This document shows, one piece after another, positions 1 through 11,434 of a stretch of 64,000 nucleotides of DNA; the stretch's first letter is position 1, and each line of letters opens with the position of its first letter. This stretch comes from Isurus oxyrinchus. Taxonomy: Eukaryota. The notes under the pieces are model-generated. The model ran no database searches and had not been told where the DNA came from. It saw nothing but the letters and a program-made list of their open reading frames with translations. The translations under genes were made by a program, and so were the position numbers. The stretch lies in the NCBI GenBank assembly GCA_026770705.1, contig JANJGN010000024.1, positions 27,714,001 through 27,778,000 on the forward strand, read 5' to 3'.

Positions 1-211
1 TGCCCAAAAGTGGAAACTCTACCCCAGGGTGTATTTTACTACATGGAGCAGACTGGAAAGGGCCCACCTCCATTGAAAAGGTAAAGTGCAGAATGAAAAA
101 ATAATTTTCTGTGCCCAGGGAATGAAGAGAAATGTAGGTGGCGGGGGTGGGGGTGGGTGATGGTGACAGCACCCCAGATACTAAGGAAATGATTTTCCAC
201 ATTGAGATAAT

Positions 212-890
212 GGGCTGGATTTTACATGCCCCCGCCGGGTGTGTTTTTGGCAGGAGGGCACGTAAAATAGGGCAGGTAGCCAGTCCACTACCTTCCCACC
301 CCTGCCACCTACACAACAAGTAGGCAGGTGCCAAAATTGGCAGCCTGCCTGCCATATGTAAATAATCAATGATCAATTGAGCTTGTTAACAAGCCAATTG
401 ACTCTGATGCTACGTTGCCCATACCATAATACAATTGGCATGGACAGGCGGGTGGGAATGGACAGCTCGTTTCTTAAAAAAGTTTTTGAAAGGATGGGAT
501 GGAAGGGGATACTACCTTCTGGGAATTGTGCATTGGGGGCAGCCCCCCTGAAGATAGTGCCCCCTCTTCTTTCCCACCCACTTCACAATCCTCCTGCCCC
601 TTGCTTCCTATCCTGTCCAAATCCTCCCCGCTAAATAGCCTGGACTTAACTCACTCCAGGATCCATCAGACCTTTATCTTCAGACTGCCCGCAGCCCTGG
701 CAACACCAACTACTGAGCCCTTGCCGCTGTCAGGATTGCTGGAGCTGCCATTCAAGCAGATTGCCCAGCAGTTCCCAGGGGTGTAAGTCCTACAGTGAGC
801 TGATTTAGCCCGGCCACAGTGTACGACGTCGCACGTTTGCACAGAGTGAGTCGGCTTCCAGCTGACTTTCCTTCCTGTAAAATGCAGCCC
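212..890. mobile_element. Non-autonomous PIF/Harbinger-like DNA transposon (MITE)
   Basis: TIRs GGGCTGGATTTTACA / TGTAAAATGCAGCCC (14/15 match); 3-bp TSD AAT at 209-211 and 891-893; no recognisable coding capacity. Confidence 0.8.
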
Positions 891-1664
891 AATTATTCAA
901 AGTTGCACTTTAAACGTAACTAAAACTTAGAATTTATAACAATGAACTGCAATTCAGGCCAGTGCTGTCTTGTTGTGTGTTGCTAAGTTGATAGGCTCAT
1001 CATTGAACAGTGATTGATGTGAGATGAAGACCAAAGGAGCACAAAAAGATGCTAGATGATTAAATCAACATTAGTCCTCCTAACTAAACGTAGTATAGCG
1101 GCAGCTGGAATTCACCTGGCCAGTGCAAAGGGAGGCGGCAGGGTTTGGGAACAGCAGCTCTTATTGCTTAAAGAGCTAGAAGCTGAGGGGTTTATTCATT
1201 TTCTTCATTGTTGCTTTAATTTTACAGTATTTTAACGTGTGAAGAAACCTCTTACTTTGTTCTGCGCTTTGACAAACAAGCAGACATCTTAGTGTTACGC
1301 TACAAATAGTTTAGAATATATATGTTAAAAACTCTTTTTCAGCAGGGACTTTATGATTAAGAAAACAATGTTAGTGCCGGAAGGCTCAGGCCCTTTTATG
1401 TGCGCTTTTTTTAATGAAAAGGGGCAGTGTCCATCCTTCACTGTTGGGGACAGGAATTTAAATGGGCAGAATTATTGTTTTTTTTTGTTTGTTGTCCAGT
1501 TGAAGGGACATCATCATCATTTCATTTGGCCTTCCTGTAGAATGTAGCTCACCTTTCTGCTGTCATCCATCAGTCTCTTCTAAATTTGGTGGAAACCCAT
1601 CTATCTGAGCAGCTTCAACATTTTTAAAACATCTTCATTGGACCCGTTCTCTGAAAAGCTCGAT

Positions 1665-1910
1665 GTTCGAGCCTTGCACATGTTTTGAATCTTTTTGAGC
1701 TTGGGGAGCCTATATTTTCATTACTTTCTCCGGGCAATGCCTCAGTCAATCAGAGTCAACTTGCCAACCAATCAACACCCTTTTCTCCTGGAGTATAAAC
1801 TGTCATGATCATTTGAAGTTTGGCATTCTAGTATTTGTCCTGACGAGCACAAGATGAAAAGCTTCAGCATCATCTCTCTCTTTTCAGCAATATCCAAGCT
1901 CTGTACTACT
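1665..1910 (+). mobile_element. Penelope-like element 3' end / pseudo-LTR remnant
   Basis: CCAAT-like boxes, TATAAA (~1794), then a hammerhead-like core CTGACGA..GAAAAGCTTC (1840-1865); this layout is typical of PLE pseudo-LTRs. Confidence 0.6.
1835..1870 (+). ncRNA. Degenerate minimal type I hammerhead ribozyme motif
   Basis: TGTC-CTGACGA-GCACAAGAT-GAAA-AGCTTC; core boxes intact, stems I and II eroded. Confidence 0.45.
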
Positions 1911-3111
1911 AAGCAACTGTTAATTGTTTTGTTTTTAAAAGATCTATTTCAGAAAATCACAAAACAATCATGGGTAAAGAGAGCCATTCAGTCGACATTA
2001 GGCGTCTATCCAGAACGGCCGGCTTTAAGACCTCACACTGTACAAGCCACAACTACTTAAACATGGGTGGATGTGTGTGAGGGGGAAAGATGAGTCTTCT
2101 CAGAAGATCATTCCACAGCCAGAACTTGCACAGTAGTAAAAGAATTATGCAGGCACAGGCTAGAGGAGCAAACCTCAACTCTATTCTGGGGCTGAAAGGA
2201 GCAGAGCTCCAGAGATTTCACTTCTGATCTGGGAGGACTGGCAGTACAGAATAGCTTTGACTGGCTAAGGATGAACCCAGTCTACACAAGTTTTTTTTAA
2301 TTTCATGGGGTTAAACATTGTGATCAAATGTCATGTGATAAAGCCTCCAGGAACATGTCCAAGCCCAGTTGGTAGGCCTCACACAGATTCAGAAACGTTT
2401 CCAGCCTGCTCGCCTTGTCTTCAGGGACAGAGATATTTGTTTCCGTGTACTAAAGTCTGATTGAATCAGGCTTTCCACAAGGCGCTGGACTTCTGTTAGA
2501 ATCTAGATCACAATGTCAGAAATATTCCTTCATAGTAATTCCACACAGATGGCAGATGATTTGTTATTTCTGTGAAGTAGTCTGATTAATATGATATTTT
2601 GATTTATACCTCATCAAAAGGTTATGCCCATTGGATTGGTAAAAGCTGATGCTTGTCAAAATACCCCCGAGGGAACACTGCCTTAGTATTACAGTCAATA
2701 GTGAATTGTGTCTCTATTACTCTGACAGACACTGTTAGGATCCCTGTGGAGGAATTGTAAATCAAAATAACCAAATTTACTGAATGACCTGCAAATGAAG
2801 GAATTACCGACAAAATTCCACTTTTTGCAGCTTTTCCTTTAACATGAATCAAAACCAACACAAATTGCACAACAGACAAATGATACCTCAAATAAAAAGG
2901 TAAATTTCACTTTAAATAGTCAATACAACAAAGATACCTCTTATGCAACTACAAGCATCCAAATCACTCAAACGTGGTACAATGTCATTACACAATGCCA
3001 CAATTTGCTGTATTTTATTCATGTGGGAGAGGTCGATGCCTCTGCATCAATTGTCTGGTAACATAACCACTATACAACTGTCCCCTGCATGCTCAGTGGA
3101 ACATGGCAGGC

Positions 3112-3185
3112 TTTTTTTTATTCATTCCTGGAACGTGAGCATCACTGGCTAGGCCAGCACTTATTGCCCATTCCTAACTGTCCTT
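3112..3185 (-). mobile_element. 3' tail of CR1/L2-group LINE (family X) or its partner SINE
   Basis: Reverse complement of the GGGCAATAAATGCTGGCC..GATGCCCAC..A-rich tail seen at ~3455-3526 and ~20465-20530. Confidence 0.75.
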
Positions 3186-3526
3186 CATCTACAAGACACA
3201 TTGCGGGAACTCACCAAGGCTCCTTTGATAGCACGTTCCAAACCCACGGCCACTACCATTTAGCAGGATAAGGGTAGCAAACACATGGGAACACCACCAG
3301 CTGGACGTTCCCCTCCAAGCCACTCACCATTCCGACAAGAAATATAATGCCGTTCTTTCGCAACTCTCTTCCGAACAGCACTGTGGGTGTACCTACTCCA
3401 CATGGACTGCAGCGGTTCAAGAACGTGGTTCACTACCACCTTCTCAAATGAAATTAGCAATAGGCAATAAATGCTGAGCTAGCCAGTGATGCCCACACCC
3501 GTGAACAAATAAAATAAATAAATAAA
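3186..3526 (+). mobile_element. CR1/L2-group LINE (family X) 3' fragment
   Basis: Colinear with 20180-20530 (GGACTGCAGCGGTTCAAGAA..CACCACCTTCTCAA); ends in (AAAT)n. Confidence 0.85.
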
Positions 3527-3800
3527 CTTTTCCCTGATTGCCAAGTTTGGTGCTATCCTTCCTTTTCCCAGTTCCTTATACAATCATTATCTCTTTCAAT
3601 CATCATCTCAGCAGCATGCAATATTTTCAAAAATATATTTGAAAACACATTCTTTATCTATTTACTTTTTTTCTTTCTCAGTATGTCATCATTCCATGAA
3701 CTGTCTCCTAGAAGACAGGGCTGGTTGATTGCTTGGGCTCTGGTCTCTTGTGCCTCATGGATTCATGCCTTATTCCAGAGATTTAAGCACACAAGCTTTT

Positions 3801-4107
3801 GGGGTGATGGCAGGATAACACTAATGTCACTGAACTAGTAATCCAGAGGGCCAAGCTAATGCTCTGGGGTCTTGGGTTCAAATCACACCATGGCAGCTTG
3901 CAGAATTTGAAATCAGTTAACAAAACCTGGACTATAAAGTCTGTAACAGCGACCATGAAACTATTGTCATTAAAGCCCATCTGGCCCTTTACGGAAGGAA
4001 TCTGCCATGAGACTTCAGATCCACAGCAGCGCCCTCTAAAGTGGATTGGCAACAAATTCTTGCCAGTGATGCCCACATTCTATGAAAGAATATTTTTTAA
4101 AAAAAAT
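3801..4107 (+). mobile_element. tRNA-derived SINE sharing the family-X LINE tail
   Basis: B-box-like GGTTCAAATC, central GGAAGGAATCTGCC block, tail GCCAGTGATGCCCACAT..A-rich; homologous to 31584-31894. Confidence 0.75.
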
Positions 4108-4111
4108 CTAG

Positions 4112-4270
4112 CCTGACACTCCAGTGCAGTACCGTGCATGTGTTGCGCTGTCTGAGGTGCTTTTTTTTTCCGGATGTATAGGACCCCACGGCAATTTTAA
4201 GAGCAGCAGATTCCCCAATGTCCTGGCCAACATTTATGCCTGAATCAACATCACTAAAAACAGATTATTT
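4112..4270 (+). mobile_element. Deu-domain SINE (SacSINE1/AmnSINE1-like) fragment
   Basis: CTGACACTCCAGTGCAGTAC..TGTCCTGGCCAACATTTAT..AACATCACTAAAAACAGATTAT; homologous to 24095-24497. Confidence 0.65.
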
Positions 4271-5879
4271 AATGATTGATACTGCATGCATTAATATATG
4301 TTCGTTTTTGAACAATAAGGAAACTAATTGTGTTCATTTTTTCTTGAGATTTAATACAATGCAGATCAGTCAGCATGTGCAATGTACTGTGGCTGCTGCA
4401 GCAAGCACTGAAGGGTTGTTATTTTTAGTTAGTTACCATGCAGATATATTTTGAATATTTTAAAGCTGAAAAGCTTTGATTTCTATGCACTAAGCAATCC
4501 ACGCACAAACATATATTTATAATTAAATTTACTCTTAATCTTTTGCACAGCAAAGAGATAAAGGTAAAAAGACGCTAATACTTAATAAATGGAAAGTTGT
4601 CTGTGGCATCAACAATTTTGCAGTTAACCAGCAATTTGTAAATTAAGTGAAAATTAGATTGCGATGAATTAAAAGCCAGTCCACAGGGAGGTGAAATCTG
4701 AATTCTAACGGCTCACTCTTTGCATCCAAATTGTTTAATTGTTATAGTTTCTGGTGCTTGTGGGTTCCCAGTTCCTCTTGTGCAAACACAAACAGTTCAG
4801 GTGAGGGTTTCCACTCTGAGACTTCGAGCTATTTCTCTCCCTTAGCTGTAGCCGCATGTTACATGCATTTCCTGTATTTTCAGACTCTGTTTGTAATTCC
4901 TGATACTCTGCATAAACAACCGGATAAACAAGTGAAAACAATCAGGAATTCCATAGCATAAAGGACTGACCAAGATGCTGATGGGTTTGTACACACAATG
5001 TGCAAACATTTGGCTGGGGCTCATTCACACAAAAATAGCAGAAACTTCTTGCAGGAAAGACAAGAAAATAAAATGACTTGGAAAACACACAAGTCGTGTG
5101 GCCTCGCATCTGAAAACGCAGGAACAGTCACTAAATCCCAAGGGAGGAAGCCTTGGGAGGAAGTGCTTTCAAACAAAGTAGGAAGGAATACTGGAAACAT
5201 TTTGGTGACATGACAGAGTCAATTTGCCATAAACACTTTGCCTTTGAAGGGCAGAGAGAGTAAGACATAGTTCACACCTATCAAGAGGCAATATCTCATT
5301 TCCCCCATCACATGGAGAACAATATTTGGGTTAACAGAAGCAAAGGTCGAACAAAGGTCAGCGGAAAGATTACTGTACATAAATCTATCCTTTCTTCTTG
5401 TGGTGTCCGTTGGTGAAGCTAAAACTGGTCTAAGTCACAGTGAGTGGTAACTCCAGAGGAGACATCACATAGGGCTTCTTTAGACCTTAATCTCTTTTTC
5501 CTTTACTTCCATCTCACACTACATACACTAAATGATAAAATGCAATCACTTTCACCAGCCACATGTCTCACCACTTTCCCTTCACAGTTAAAGCCAACAC
5601 TTGTCCCTGTTTTTCATTTCAGGTGATAAACACTTTCTCCCTCAACCACTTAAGGAAGAGGATGTCAGCCTTTCTGAAGATGTGTCATTGCTTGATCCAA
5701 TGCGAGTAGGCAGAGATTGGCACCATACATGTACTTTAGAGGCAGGACAGAGGAGAACTGTACATAAATCTATGGTGAGTCATCTGCCACACATACACAG
5801 GGCCTAGGGCACGATCATAGCACTTATATTCAGTGTTGCTCCTGCTCTTATTCCTCTTGGACTGTTTATCCCTGTCCTC

Positions 5880-6130
5880 CTGCACTCCTTTGTTGCCCAG
5901 TTAGTAGGAAGGGCGGACCCCTTATTATGAAGTAATGCAGCATGCAGAAGATGACCTCAAATCTCGGTGTACAGTCCGGGCTAGATTGCAAAACTCCTTC
6001 CAAATGATCAACAGAGTGGAAGTATTGTTTGAACACACCGATAGACTGCTCAATGTCTTTTATGGCAGTAGCTGGACTTTCATTGTACATCAGCTCTACA
6101 GCTATGCCTGGGTCCCTGACAAAATTAAGG
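5880..6130 (-). pseudogene. Harbinger (HARBI1-like DDE) transposase C-terminal remnant
   Basis: Peptide IEQSIGVFKQYFHSVDHLEGVLQSSPD..VIFCMLHYF resembles the HARBI1-family IERTIGLLKxRFRCLD..LQY.P..ACCVLHN block. Confidence 0.7.
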
Positions 6131-6589
6131 GCGACACCTGGAGAAGCCATTCCAAGGCTTCAAAAATAAACAGAAATAGAGTAAGAAAGATTTTGTTTGA
6201 GAAAAGAGGAGACTAAATGTTTCGAGTGCAAGACTCATGCCTGAGGATGTATAATGTCACCAATCATTGAACTGATGAGAGAAAGTTGGGTGATTAGGAA
6301 CAGAGATAGGAAAGGCTAAGAGGACTGATGCAGTCTTTTTAATAAGATAACCTAGGTGAGAGCATATAGGAAAGATAGAGGAGAGAAAACAAAACAAGAT
6401 TCCCTGCATGTCAACCTATTTTTATTCAAACAGTTGCATATTGAAAAATGGGGGAAAATGAATAAACACTGACATGGACCTGTTGGTCCTTGAATGGGCC
6501 ATTTCTGTTGTCACTATGACAGGAAACTGTGACTGAGTGAGGGCTACCTACAACTTCAGCAGCTAACCACACACATATTTAACTGTTTA

Positions 6590-7370
6590 AAGGAGATCTT
6601 TTTGTTAAAATAGAAAAGGCACTGATCAAAAAATGGCTGCCATGAGTCACCTGCTGGTTGATACTATAAAGTTGACCACTTTTCTGGTAAGTTTCTATTT
6701 GATTTGCACTGCAGACCTGTTACATGGAATTTCACACCTGGGGGTTTCGAGGTCGTCAAACAGAGACACTCTTGAAAGGAAGGCATTAAAAATTGTCAAG
6801 TGCTGGATTTTGATCAGCTGCCATTCTATCAAGACAATGGAAGCTGCTGACCAGCCAGATACTCATCAGATATTCACAACCTCTGTGGAGGATGAAATAA
6901 CCCCCATCTAATGTTGATTAAAAGCTTGAAATATGTCAAAGATTTCAGAGATGAAAAGATTAAAAAATGGGATTACTTGATCTGCGACCAGGGCTGCAAG
7001 ACATGCTAACGACTTTCTTTTCTGGGAATATACAGTCAGGAGTTTAAAAACTGGTTCTGCCAAATAAAGAATGAAAGAATGAAAGAAAGGAAAAGCAGGA
7101 GGAAAAGAAACATGACAGCCATCTGAAAACACGGCTGGAAAAGAGCAGGAAAGATCTCTCTCTCTCTCTCTGAAGCTAAAACAGTGTCTTAAATGAACAA
7201 ACCACCTGAACAAAGTGATCTCCGGAATTCTACAGGAAACCAACTAACTTCAAACAGCTGCAACACTCAACAATCTACGCCTCAAAGATAAGCAAAGGAC
7301 TAATATTCTTTTAACTTTTTATTGGACCCTATCTTTCTTACTTCTGATATCTATGCGTGTGTGCGTGCAA
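6590..7370 (+). mobile_element. Possible decayed LTR
   Basis: LTR-like composition with a (CT)n tract and a GT-rich 3' part; termini and TSD not resolved. Confidence 0.3.
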
Positions 7371-7939
7371 ATCTCCTCTGCACAAGAGGCTAAATGGCCT
7401 TCAGTTTTCTTTGCGAACGACAGCAAAAATATTGCAGAGAGGATTTATACAAGTATTTATTAAAAAATCTGCAACATTAGTCTGATGTGGTTGCTAAATT
7501 CTGATATCCTTGCTGAGATGATTTCCCTTGATGTGCTAATTAACATTTTTAAATGAAAGCTCAGTTAGAGAGAAAAATTGCAGGTGTGATCATTATAAAT
7601 AAGTTTAATTATGTTTTTACCAATTTACTTTCTCATTGATGGAAGTGAAATGATCATGCTAATCTGATAAAGATTCCACCTGACCTCCCCGTCTGTTGTG
7701 ACATGGGAGTTAGCACAATTATTTCTTGTGGAGAGCCATGGTAAAGTTGTGCAGCTCTCACTCTTAATCATATAACAAGAGAAATGACAGTAATAATCCA
7801 TGAGTAACAGGCCAGTGAGTGGTCAGGGAAGGTCAGGCCACAAGTTCAATATTTTCCATGGTCAATGGACAGCCTGATATAGTCATGAGAATTTTCAGCT
7901 TTAATTCTAATGGCAGAAAAGAAACCTCCAAAATCTGTA

Positions 7940-8620
7940 AACAATGCAGAGAAATATTACAGTGGCACTTACTAATGTCAGAGGTTTGTGTTATGGGGAA
8001 AAATATTCCCCCTGTCGGGGGAGGGGGGGGAGCGCAGGAGCAGGCACAGGCGGGCCATAACTTTTATTGAAACCTTTATTAAAAATTTAAATACCCTCAT
8101 GAAACCTCATCCCGCCTATAGATGAGGTTTCATGCTTTTTCTGAAGCTCACTAGGGCTCCCAGCATGCCTGCCAACCTTAAGGTTGGATGGGCAGGACCA
8201 TTAATGACTTTAATTAGTTTCTCAATGGCCTCAATAGGCCAGGTTGGCAGGCACGCAGCTGACTCGGCTGCGCCCTCGCTGACCAGAAATTGGAAATGAT
8301 GCGGGATGACGTTGGGAGTTCCACCTGATGTCATCGCGCATCATTTTATGCATCGACGAGTGGGCCCCGCCTCTGCTTGCCAACTGGAAGACCCTGCCCA
8401 TGAAAAAAGGTTAGGTGACCTTGGACTCTTCAGTCTAAATGCCTAATCAAAGGAAGCCTTACAGAAGTACATGAGACAAAAAGGAGAATTGAAGATAATA
8501 ATTTAGAGCAGTATTTCAAGTTAAACTGATCACTGATTGGAAACGAAAGGCAAAGTGGAAATGGAAAGTTAGAACTGATGTCACACAGTGATCAATGTGT
8601 GTAATGGTATTCTTAGCAAC
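7940..8620 (+). mobile_element. Old CR1 ORF2 3' fragment interrupted by a MITE
   Basis: Removing 7996-8399 and one ATG restores GLCYEKRLGDLGLFSL, similar to the CR1 motif [16 protein letters not shown]. Confidence 0.6.
7996..8399 (-). mobile_element. Hairpin-array Harbinger-like MITE, internally deleted copy
   Basis: Contains the CATGAAACCTCATC..GATGAGGTTTCATG hairpin and the AACCTTAAGGTT palindrome; TSD ATG (7993-7995 / 8400-8402). Confidence 0.8.
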
Positions 8621-8654
8621 ATGTGTGTGTCAATTGTGACTAAGTTGGCAGCAC

Positions 8655-8748
8655 AGAGGGTGCTGCACTGTCAGAGGTGCTGAATTCAATTGAGATGTTA
8701 AACAAAGGTCCCATTCGCCTGCTCGGGTGGATGCAAAAGTTGCCCATC
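8655..8748 (+). mobile_element. Deu-domain SINE fragment
   Basis: GTGCTGCACTGTCAGAGGTGC..GAGATGTTAAAC..GGTGGATGCAAAAG. Confidence 0.6.
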
Positions 8749-10429
8749 TAAGTCTTGACTGTGTATTCAACTTTCCCACATGTATTTTAATTCTTCCCTT
8801 TGGATCTACCTTTTGTTAGCACCAAGTACACAGTGTACGATGAAAAGTAAAATTGGGTAATGTATAAAACTGATGCCCTGTCTAATACTGACAGTTTCTA
8901 CTTGGGTGGCTTAGCTTAATGTTACCATCACATCCTCCTCCCCCCTCGCCCCCCCCCCACGAAAAAGAGACAATTTGGATCCTTTTCCATTAGACAAAAA
9001 TAATAAGTGCCTGCGCTGGTCATGAAATGAAATGTAATGAGTTAATTATTAAGAAATAGCAAGTTGTGGGATGGCATGGTGAAGTATGCTAATGTGAATA
9101 CAGTGTGGTTTTTCACCCTTGCAATCAGATCTCAATCTGTTCCTTATAGTAACAGGGAACAAAATGTGGAGGGTCAATGGTTCATCACACATCCTGGGGA
9201 ACAGCAAAACCATACTGTTTAGGAAGATGGACCAAAACCATACCATCTAGTACGATGGAGATGGGGATTGTTTTAGAGAGAGAGAAACATAAATAAAAAG
9301 AAGGGAAGGACAAAGAGAGTGATACTGATTTGTCAAGGAAGATGAATAGAATCAAGATGTTCCTGCTTGTGAAATCAGTAAAGCAATCTTTTATTTCTCA
9401 CCGATACACACTGCACACTTATCATTCTTTATCTCACCACAGTTTATCTCAGTTGGACTTCGTGAAGTACCTTTATCCACAACCGTGAAAGCCAGAGGTT
9501 CTGCTCTCAATTTAGTGAAATTATTGCAGCTTTAGTTCCACTGAGGCTGTGTTAGTTCAAGAAATATATATAAAAGCAGAATATTTCTCTTAAAATAGAA
9601 GAGATTTGAAGCACCAGTGGTTTGAATAATGTGCAATCAGCTGCTGTTCTCCGCACCTGCAAGGGCAGTACGCTATGGAAAAGACTATGGGAGTTATTTA
9701 TTTCAGTTTTCATCATCTCACTCGAGCATTCATTGTGCATGGCCACAATACCGCATGTATCCTGAATATACTGGGTAAATTGAGCAAGATGAATTGAACA
9801 CTTAAGTTCAGTTTAACTCCTCCCAGGCCTGGAAAGGTGTGTAACATTGGCCATGTTTCTGGGGAGGGGGTTGGGGGGTGCATTGCCTTTTTTTTGAGGG
9901 GTTGGGGGTAAACCCAGAAATGCCAGGAGCATAGAGATCCTGCTGAATTTTATGGCAGGATCCCATTAAAATAATACATTTCTTGCCCAGCATCCAGTCA
10001 AATTGAGATGTCGTTGTAGATGACAACTGGGCAACAATGCAAGTTGATGGGGGATCATTGGAGAGGCGAGGTGGGACAGGGTTGGGGATGGTGGTGGAAG
10101 CAGAGCAGCAATTGGGAGGGAAAGCAGACTGGCAAAGATCACAGGAGTTGGGGTAGGTAGCGTTGGGTCATCCTGCCAGAAGATTGGCTGAAGTGGGAAA
10201 CACTCCTGCAGCTCCTGGACCACAACAGCACATAGTCAAACATGTTCCTGCTGGATCCAGCTGCTCCTGCCTCTGTTTAGCTCTCTGGTCGTCTGGTCAG
10301 CTAGTGTTGAATTCAAATGGCTGCCAAAATCTGAAGAAGGAGACTCACTAATATATTATAATAACCAAATGCCTCTCCAATTGGATTACAAGGATGTCCC
10401 CAAACCTGCCACGGTTAACACAGAAGTAG

Positions 10430-11332
10430 TGTCATGAAAATATAATAATTCTCAAAATTTTATCATGATTTATTGTAAACATAGGTTAATAGTATGGTTT
10501 GGATAATTTCTCTGTGTTTATGTCTGTGCGTGTGTAGGGTTTAATTGAATTGGAGACAGCTGGTCTGGATGCTTTGAGTCATCAATAAGTAGCTAGGTTT
10601 AAAATGCTAAATCCATAAACATGGCTGAAGTTTTAGAATGTGAGATGTGAGGAAAATTTGCATTTATAGATAAATTAGGGCAGTTTGAATTTCAAACAAA
10701 TGATAGGATGTTACACTTCGCCAGAAGAAGCTAAGCCAAGCAGTGTGTTTATTTTTCCCCAAAGGTTACTGGTAAAATTAGTACTATGAAAGATTTATAT
10801 TATGAGAGCAGTAAAGTTGCAAAAACATATGGGAACAATGGAATTTGCATTGAAAGGGAGGAACATGTATAAAGGAGATAAGGCAATGTGTAAGAGGAGA
10901 AGGCATTCTAAGATCTAACACAAGTGTGGAAAGCCTCCAGCCTCTATGCATCAAGTTGCTGTCTACAGGAACCCAAAGCTGAGAAAACACACTTTGAATT
11001 CCAGTGTCCAGGAGTATCATGTTGCTTTGTCTGGGTCTATTTAAATCTATTTGTTTTTACTGTTGCCTTAATGGGGGTGTAACTGGAAGCTAGATTAATT
11101 AGAGGTTTTATGATTTATTTTGTAGACCGATGTATGTGCTTGAAATCTTTTCTTCTGTTAATAAATGTTTAATTTAGTTTTCTAAAAACCTCTGAAGTCG
11201 TGGTAGTCTTATTACTTTTAATTCAGGGCATCTCAAAATAAAATACAAATTGCAAAACAGTTGTGACCGCGTGATCAAGTTTCCCTCGTGGATTTGATCT
11301 ACCTAGCACACATCATCTGCTACGTCTTAACA
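10430..11332 (+). mobile_element. Solo LTR (Gypsy- or ERV-like), 903 bp
   Basis: TG...CA termini (TGTCATGA / TCTTAACA), exact 4-bp TSD GTAG (10426-10429, 11333-11336), TATAAA ~10868, AATAAA ~11160. Confidence 0.8.
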
Positions 11333-11434
11333 GTAGGTGCATTCAAAATGAGTCAGGTCCAGATTTCACATATGAGATAATCCCACCCTGCCCCAACAAA
11401 ATCTCTCTTACCTATAGTGTGGAGGCGGTGTGGG

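Noticed and set aside
2622-2788. Minus-strand terminal-exon-like segment (GHSVNLVILIY..PIQWA*) after TTTGCAG
   Set aside because: I recognise no protein family and found no upstream exons in a compatible phase.
4714-4907. Splice-site-flanked minus-strand segments here and at ~1553-1650 and ~29490-29638
   Set aside because: All frames I examined contain stops; they could be lncRNA exons, but this cannot be supported without transcripts.
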